In this document: positions 58,249 through 64,000 of the stretch, piece after piece | How positions within the stretch are numbered: position 1 is the stretch's first letter | Layout: each line of letters begins with the position of its first letter | NCBI GenBank assembly: GCA_016839055.1 | Contig: JAEKNX010000002.1 | Coordinates: 377,451-441,450, forward strand | Direction: 5' to 3' | Length of the DNA: 64,000 nucleotides | DNA from: Spirochaetales bacterium | GTDB taxonomy: Bacteria > Spirochaetota > Spirochaetia > UBA9216 | The notes under the pieces: model-generated | Told to the model about the DNA's origin: nothing | The model's input: the letters and a program-made list of their open reading frames with translations, nothing else | The model's database searches: none | Made by a program: the position numbers and the translations under genes

Positions 58249-60965
58249 TACCGGCCTGATTTCTCCACTTTAACGGCACAGACCTTGAGCTCGGGGATCT
58301 TCGCAATTGGATCGAGGGCGGCGATGGTCAGGGCGTTAGCCGGGTGTTCATGAAAATGAAAAGCCATGAATACTGTACCTTCTGGTACCCTATTTGTGAT
58401 GTTGGCCTTCACTTCAATTTTACCCCGGCGTGATGATACGATGAGCAAATCTCCGCTTTTAACACCGAGGCGGCCTGCGTCGGACTCGCTGATTTCCAGT
58501 GCCCCCTGAGGAACGAGATCGTCGAGTACTCTGCATTTTCGGGTCATTGTGCCGGTATGCCAATGCTCGAGCATTCTGCCGGTAGTGAGGATAATGGGAT
58601 ACTCGCTGTCGGGCATCTCCCGGGGCGGAAGAAACTCAACCAGATGGAATTTACCAAGGCCCCTGGCAAAGCTGTCTTTATGCAGGTATTGGGTTCCCCC
58701 GTGGCTAACATCCGGACAGGGCCACTGCAGTCCTGTCTTCTCGAGGCGCGGATAGGTAATTCCGGCATAGCTCGGTGTGAGCCGGCATATTTCCTCCTGA
58801 ATCTCCTCTGCACTTCGGTAATTCATTGAATAACCCATTTTTTCAGCAAGATTACCTATGATTCTCCAGTCTTCCAGGGCCTCACCCGGAGGCTCTACGG
58901 CCTTGCGTACACGCTGAACCCGCCGCTCGGTATTTGTAAAGGTTCCGTTCTTCTCGGCAAAGCAGCAGGCGGGCAGGACTATATCGGCCAGACGGGCTGT
59001 CTCTGAGAGAAAGATATCCTGCACAAGGAGGAAATCGAGGTTTTCAAGTCCCTTTTGTACATGGTTAATATCGGGATCGCTTAGCATCGGGTTCTCGCCC
59101 ATGATGTAGAGTCCCCGAATTTCCCCAACGGCCGCGGCGTTCATTATTTCGACTACAGTCAGTCCGGGAACCGCTGGGAGCGCACAACCCCAGGCCGCCT
59201 CAAACTTGCCTCTTGCCGCCGGATCATCCACCTTCTGGTAGCCTGAATAAACATTCGGCAGCGCCCCGAGGTCACAGGCACCCTGAACGTTGTTCTGCCC
59301 GCGCAGGGGATTCACTCCGGAGGCTTCTTTACCTACATTGCCGCTCATCATGGCAAGGTTGGCAAGGGCCATAACATTGTCGGTTCCACTTGTGTGCTGG
59401 GTTATTCCCATAGAGTAGATGATTGAAGCCGATTCAGCCCCGGCATAAACTCTGGCTGCCCGGCGTATAGCCTCAGCGGGAACACCGGTGATTTTCTCAG
59501 CAAACTCGGGGGTGTTTTTCATTATCGAGTCATGGATTTCCTCGAATCCTTCAGTGCGTTCGGCTATGAAGCGGCTGTCTTCAAGCCCCTCACTAAGGAT
59601 GACGTTCATAAGGGCATTGATCAGCGCTACATCGGTTCCCGGTCTCTGGCGCAGATGGATATCGGCAATTCCTGCCAGAGAGATTCGGCGGGGATCGGCT
59701 ACTATAAGCTTTGTTTTGTCCCCGGCGACAGCCTTTCGGATATTTATGCCGATTATTGGATGACATTCGGTTGTGTTGGAACCGATGACGAAGATGACCG
59801 GAGCCCTTCCAATTTCAGCTATGCTGTTTGTCATGGCGCCGCTGCCGAAGGCCCGCGCCAGCCCCGCAACTGTGGAGGCATGACACAGCCGGGCGCAGTG
59901 GTCGACATTATTAGTGCCAAGCACCGCTCGGACGAATTTCTGCATTACGAAATTTTCTTCGTTCGTGGTCCGGGCAGATGAGAGTCCGGCTAGGGCCTGC
60001 GGCCCGTATTTATCTTTGAGCCCGGTAAGCCGCCTGGCTGCCAGGGAAAGGGCTTCGTCCCAGGAGGCTTCCCGGAAAATGCCCTCTTCCTTGATGAGGG
60101 GAACCCGGAGGCGTTCTTCGCTGCTAATGAAATCGAAACCGAATCGTCCCTTGACGCAGGTGTTGCCGTCGTTCGGAATGACCCCTGTTTCACTCGTTAC
60201 CCTGACGATTTTGCCCGTCCTGCGGTGGACGTTCAAATCGAGCTGACAGCCGACTCCGCAGTAGTTACAGGTGGTACGGACTTTCCGGAGGTCTTTGGCC
60301 CGTGCCAGCCTGCGGGCGGGATATTCATACAGGGCTCCGGTTGGACAGGTGCTGACGCACTGGCCGCAGGTTTCGCATGGAGATTCCTTAAGCGGTAAAT
60401 CCAGGCCTGTGCTGATTATCACATCCGCTGTGCGGCCCCTGATAGTGAGGGCTTCGGCTCCCTGTACTTCGCGGCAGATTTTAACACAACGCTGGCAGCT
60501 GATGCATTTTGACGGATCGTATTTAATCGCGAGATTATAGCTGGTATAGTTAAAATCCCTGATCTTTCGATGCAGGAAGGGGTAGCGGTTTTCATTTACC
60601 TGGTACTGGTAGGCGTAATCCTGTAGCAGGCAGTCTCCATCACTGTCACAGGTTGTGCAGGAAAGGCGGTGTTCGCTGATCAGCAGTTCCAGGGTCGCTC
60701 TGCGCATGGACATAATTTCCTTTGTCGCTGTACGGATAACCATCCCGTCTTCGGCTTCCCTTGTGCAGGCTGTCTGAAGGCCCCTCTGGCCTTCAATTTC
60801 CACGAGACAGAGGCGGCAGGCGCCTGTTGGGGTGAGCCTGTCATCATGGCAGAGGTGAGGGATGTCTACACCATTCTCCCCGGCTATTTCCAGAATGGTT
60901 CGGCCGGACCGGCAATTAACCTTTCGTCCGTCCAATGTAATTTTAACTTCTGCCATAAGCGACAT
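58248..60965 (-). CDS. fdhA: Formate dehydrogenase catalytic subunit, Mo/W-bisPGD, with an N-terminal NuoG-like [2Fe-2S] and [4Fe-4S] domain. Cysteine-type.
   Basis: 905 aa. N-terminal CxxC...C ferredoxin motifs, then a molybdopterin oxidoreductase body. Active-site region CARLCHASTVAGL, with Cys where FdhF has Sec. Confidence 0.85.
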   Translation of the reverse strand: MSLMAEVKITLDGRKVNCRSGRTILEIAGENGVDIPHLCHDDRLTPTGACRLCLVEIEGQRGLQTACTREAEDGMVIRTATKEIMSMRRATLELLISEHRLSCTTCDSDGDCLLQDYAYQYQVNENRYPFLHRKIRDFNYTSYNLAIKYDPSKCISCQRCVKICREVQGAEALTIRGRTADVIISTGLDLPLKESPCETCGQCVSTCPTGALYEYPARRLARAKDLRKVRTTCNYCGVGCQLDLNVHRRTGKIVRVTSETGVIPNDGNTCVKGRFGFDFISSEERLRVPLIKEEGIFREASWDEALSLAARRLTGLKDKYGPQALAGLSSARTTNEENFVMQKFVRAVLGTNNVDHCARLCHASTVAGLARAFGSGAMTNSIAEIGRAPVIFVIGSNTTECHPIIGINIRKAVAGDKTKLIVADPRRISLAGIADIHLRQRPGTDVALINALMNVILSEGLEDSRFIAERTEGFEEIHDSIMKNTPEFAEKITGVPAEAIRRAARVYAGAESASIIYSMGITQHTSGTDNVMALANLAMMSGNVGKEASGVNPLRGQNNVQGACDLGALPNVYSGYQKVDDPAARGKFEAAWGCALPAVPGLTVVEIMNAAAVGEIRGLYIMGENPMLSDPDINHVQKGLENLDFLLVQDIFLSETARLADIVLPACCFAEKNGTFTNTERRVQRVRKAVEPPGEALEDWRIIGNLAEKMGYSMNYRSAEEIQEEICRLTPSYAGITYPRLEKTGLQWPCPDVSHGGTQYLHKDSFARGLGKFHLVEFLPPREMPDSEYPIILTTGRMLEHWHTGTMTRKCRVLDDLVPQGALEISESDAGRLGVKSGDLLIVSSRRGKIEVKANITNRVPEGTVFMAFHFHEHPANALTIAALDPIAKIPELKVCAVKVEKSGR

Positions 60966-60979
60966 CCTTAAACAAAAAT

Positions 60980-62845
60980 CTATTTGACGGCCACTGCGTC
61001 AAAGGGGCAGACATCCATGCATTCGCCGCAGCGGATGCAAAGGGCCGGATTGATAATATGAGGTGTTTTTTTCTCCCCCCTGATTGCGTCAACGCTACAG
61101 ACCTTGATGCATTTCCCACAGGCCCGGCAGGCCTCGGCGATAATGGAATACTCGATCAGATTTTTGCAGACACCGGCGGGGCATCGGCCGTCGTTGATAT
61201 GGGCTTCATACTCTTTTCTAAAATATCTGATTGTAGTAAGAACCGGGTTGGGGGCGGTTTGACCGAGTCCGCAGAGCGATCCTTTTTTTACTACCCCGGA
61301 TAGATCCTCAAGCTTTTTAATATCTCCCGGCCGGCCCCGGCCGCTGCAGATATCCGTCAAGAGGTTTACCATATGTTGAGTGCCAACCCTGCAGGGAACA
61401 CATTTGCCGCAGGACTCCTTCTGCACGAAATCGAGGAAAAACCGCGCCATATCGACCATGCAGGTGCGATCATCCATGACTATCAGTCCTCCGGAGCCTA
61501 TGATAGCTCCGAGTTCCTTCACAGACTCGTAGTCGAGAGGCAGATCGAGAAATTCATCAGGAATACAGCCTCCTGAGGGGCCGCCTATTTGGGCTGCCTT
61601 GAACGTCCTTCCGCCTGGAATACCGCCGCCGATGTCAAAGACTATTCGGCGCAGCGTAGCTCCAAGCGGAACTTCCACCAGTCCGGTATTGATAACCTTT
61701 CCGGCCAGTGCGAAGATCTTGGTTCCTCTGCCGTCCGGGGTTCCTATGGCGGAAAACCAGGTCTTTCCCTTTTCGATTATGAGGGGCACGTTAGCAAGGG
61801 TTTCCACATTGTTGATATTGGTGGGCATTCCCTTGAATCCCTTTACTGCTGGAAACGGGGGCCGGGGACTGGGCATTCCCCGTTCACCCTCGAGGGAAGC
61901 TATCAGCGCTGTCTCTTCCCCGCAGACAAAGGCGCCGGCTCCCATGCGGATCTCAATGTCGAAACTGAAACCGGAACCGAAAATATTTTTCCCAAGAAGG
62001 CCGCAGGCGCGGGCCTGCTCGGATGCAATTGTTATATGTTCTACGGCGATAGGGTATTCCGCTCTGACATAGATGAAGCCCCGGGAAGCACCAATGGCAA
62101 ATGCCGCGATGATCATGCCTTCGATAATTTGATGAGGGTTTCCCTCAAGCAGGGCCCTGTCCATAAAAGCACCCGGGTCGCCTTCATCAGCGTTACAGAT
62201 TAAATATTTCTGCTCACCTTCTGCCCGGCGGCAGAATCGCCATTTCTGCCCTGTCAGAAATCCGGCTCCGCCCCGGCCCCTGAGTCCGGAATTTAAGACC
62301 TCATCAATTATTTCCTCCGGGGACATCTTCGTCAGTGCCCGGGCCGCGGCCTGATAAGCACCGGCAGCCACTGCCGATTCCAGCTTCCTGGGATCAACCC
62401 TTCCGCAGTTTTTGAGAACTTCTTTGCTCTGATGCTGGAAAAAAGGAAGCTCATCCGGATCGGCTGTGGTATTTCCATCCGCGTCGGCGCAGAGTCTTGC
62501 CACCGGGAGGCCCCCTTTGAGGGTTTTCTCGATGATTTCATCCACGTCATCGGGGCTGACGCCACCATAGAGAAAATGTTCCGGCTCGATAAGAAGGACA
62601 GGGGCACGGGAACATTGGCCGTGACAGCCTGTTTCGATGATCTCAAATTCCTCTTCGAGCCCGGCCATGCGGAGTTTTTCATGAAATGCCTTTCCTACTT
62701 CTTCTGCTCCGAGGGCCCGGCATCCTGTCATGCAGAGCAGAATCTGCTTCCGGGAAACTTTTTCTGCCGTAATTCGTTTTCTGAAAATCTCCAGATCATC
62801 AGGATAGGCAATAACAGGATAGGTCATCGTTTCTTCCTTATTCAT
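60980..62845 (-). CDS. NuoF/HydB-like NAD(P)H-binding FMN flavoprotein subunit (second paralog).
   Basis: 621 aa. Domain order matches 50818..52659. GAGFLTGQKW FMN motif. C-terminal CRACGKCIKVC and CIRCGECMDVC clusters. Confidence 0.8.
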   Translation of the reverse strand: MNKEETMTYPVIAYPDDLEIFRKRITAEKVSRKQILLCMTGCRALGAEEVGKAFHEKLRMAGLEEEFEIIETGCHGQCSRAPVLLIEPEHFLYGGVSPDDVDEIIEKTLKGGLPVARLCADADGNTTADPDELPFFQHQSKEVLKNCGRVDPRKLESAVAAGAYQAAARALTKMSPEEIIDEVLNSGLRGRGGAGFLTGQKWRFCRRAEGEQKYLICNADEGDPGAFMDRALLEGNPHQIIEGMIIAAFAIGASRGFIYVRAEYPIAVEHITIASEQARACGLLGKNIFGSGFSFDIEIRMGAGAFVCGEETALIASLEGERGMPSPRPPFPAVKGFKGMPTNINNVETLANVPLIIEKGKTWFSAIGTPDGRGTKIFALAGKVINTGLVEVPLGATLRRIVFDIGGGIPGGRTFKAAQIGGPSGGCIPDEFLDLPLDYESVKELGAIIGSGGLIVMDDRTCMVDMARFFLDFVQKESCGKCVPCRVGTQHMVNLLTDICSGRGRPGDIKKLEDLSGVVKKGSLCGLGQTAPNPVLTTIRYFRKEYEAHINDGRCPAGVCKNLIEYSIIAEACRACGKCIKVCSVDAIRGEKKTPHIINPALCIRCGECMDVCPFDAVAVK

Positions 62846-63317
62846 ATTTTTCCAGAATAGATTTGATTTTGTCCGGCTTAAGCTGTCCGTAATAGTCCTC
62901 GTCCACCATCATGACAGGGGCAAGAAAACAAGTACCCATGCAGGCGACAATTTCGAAGGTAAAGCGCATATCCTTCGTCGTCGCCCCCGGTTCTATCTCC
63001 AGTTCTTTGCTTATACGTTCGCTGATGCGTGGACTTCCTTTGACATGGCAGGCCGTTCCTTCGCAGATGCGGACAGTATGCCGGCCATGGGGTTTTGTGT
63101 GAAATTGGGTATAGAAGGTAATAACACCATGCATGCGGCTTGTGGGAATTCCTGTTTGCCCGCTGACCCATTTCAGGACGGGAACTGGAAGGTAGCCGTA
63201 AGCTTCCTGGAGTTTTTGCAGAATAGGGATCAGGCTGTCAGGTTCTGTGTTTTTCATTTCGGATAAGATTTTTTCAGCTGGCCCGAGATCAATCGCGGGC
63301 GATTGGGTTTTCGGCAT
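62838..63317 (-). CDS. NuoE/HydC-like [2Fe-2S] subunit (second paralog).
   Basis: 159 aa. CEGTACHVKG ... CMGTCFLAP cysteine pattern. Overlaps the downstream flavoprotein gene. Confidence 0.75.
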   Translation of the reverse strand: MPKTQSPAIDLGPAEKILSEMKNTEPDSLIPILQKLQEAYGYLPVPVLKWVSGQTGIPTSRMHGVITFYTQFHTKPHGRHTVRICEGTACHVKGSPRISERISKELEIEPGATTKDMRFTFEIVACMGTCFLAPVMMVDEDYYGQLKPDKIKSILEKYE

Positions 63318-63416
63318 AAGAGTAATTACTCCTTATCGATAATAATAATCGAAGTTGGCCGGGAAGTGTTGGAAAAAAAATAGAAAATTGAGAAAATTTG
63401 AAATAGAAGTAAGTTA

Positions 63417-63460
63417 TAGCTGTTTCACTTGTTTGCAGTGAGAAACAAGTGAAACAGCTA
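63417..63460. terminator. Perfect 18-bp-stem hairpin, likely the intrinsic terminator of the MCP gene.
   Basis: TAGCTGTTTCACTTGTTT-GCAGTGAG-AAACAAGTGAAACAGCTA. T-rich tract on the minus strand after the stem. Confidence 0.6.
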
Positions 63461-63494
63461 TGATTTTTATCGATCCTTCAGGTGCAGAATGTTA

Positions 63495-64000
63495 CTAAAG
63501 TATAAATTTTTGAGTATGTCCTACAACGATCTCGATGTGATCCTGGTTTTTATGAACCAATTCGTTGACATTCTCCACCGCCTGATTGATCTCTCTGGTG
63601 CCTGAGCGAATCTCTTCGATGGCATTTTTAACTTCCGCGGATATCTGATTGAGGGCGCTTACGGCACCGATAACCTTATGGCTGCCTTCAGACATCTCTT
63701 TTGAGCTTCGTTCAACCGTTCCGGTAACCTCGTTCATGTTTTGGAGAGCTGTTAATATTTCCCGTCCGCCGCTGTTCTGTTCAATCATCGCGGAACTTAT
63801 TTCAAGGATTATCCTGTTCACCTCTACTACCCTGTCGGTAATCTTATCGAAAGAGGTCAGGGTGATTCCTGAGTGGGTGACCATCTCGTGAATGAGGCCG
63901 GTAATCTCCTTGAGATCGAGTTTAACCTGCTTGGACTGAAGGCTTGACTGCTCCGCCAGTTTTCGAATTTCATCGGAAACTACGGCAAAGCCCTTTCCCG
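63495..64000 (-). CDS. Methyl-accepting chemotaxis protein. C-terminal signalling domain only; the 5' part lies beyond the window end.
   Basis: MCP signalling-domain heptad pattern. The frame stays open to the window edge. Confidence 0.65.
   Translation of the reverse strand, partial: GKGFAVVSDEIRKLAEQSSLQSKQVKLDLKEITGLIHEMVTHSGITLTSFDKITDRVVEVNRIILEISSAMIEQNSGGREILTALQNMNEVTGTVERSSKEMSEGSHKVIGAVSALNQISAEVKNAIEEIRSGTREINQAVENVNELVHKNQDHIEIVVGHTQKFIL

Noticed and set aside
58248-60965. Possibility that fdhA is a selenoprotein with a recoded TGA.
   Set aside because: The 905-codon frame is uninterrupted. The residue aligned to the FdhF selenocysteine position is Cys (CARLCH). No SECIS-like hairpin was sought further.
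1-64000. CRISPR arrays, tRNA/rRNA genes, transposases or integrases.
   Set aside because: I saw no regularly spaced direct repeats, no cloverleaf-like tRNA candidates in the intergenic regions, and no ORF with transposase or integrase motifs. The Wood-Ljungdahl cluster therefore shows no mobile-element boundaries within this window.

Overview
This 64 kb window comes from an anaerobic bacterium with about 50% GC. It contains lipoproteins, a PPi-dependent phosphofructokinase, two acetate kinases and an arginine deiminase.

The first ~40 kb is mostly housekeeping. It holds four aminoacyl-tRNA synthetases (asnS, cysS, valS) and related tRNA-editing functions, murB, mgtE, manA, a DAHP synthase and a dCMP deaminase. 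Mixed in are small accessory modules:
- an ArsR / thioredoxin-like / permease locus;
- an ECF sigma/anti-sigma operon that drives secreted transglutaminase-like proteins;
- a K+ channel with an RCK domain and a partner cNMP-binding protein;
- a separate protein with two CAP-ED cyclic-nucleotide-binding domains;
- two acetate kinase paralogs.

The last ~23 kb (40.5-63.3 kb), almost all on the minus strand, is a Wood-Ljungdahl (reductive acetyl-CoA) super-cluster.
- It begins with a Cys-type Mo/W formate dehydrogenase (fdhA) whose partners are NuoE-like and NuoF-like flavoprotein subunits, followed by mobA.
- A cooC then sits immediately upstream of one 11-gene, translationally coupled operon: cooS-cooF-NuoE-like-NuoF-like-NuoG(N-term)-like-acsB-acsC-RACo-cooC-acsD-acsE.
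- Two DUF3786 paralogs flank this operon.
- The notable part is the NuoEF(G')-type flavin/FeS module wired between the CODH (cooS/cooF) and ACS (acsB) genes. It has a paralogous copy on the formate dehydrogenase.
- Together these suggest NAD(P)H-linked, possibly electron-bifurcating, CO2 reductases on both branches of the pathway.

No CRISPR array, rRNA or tRNA genes, transposases or integrases were recognised.
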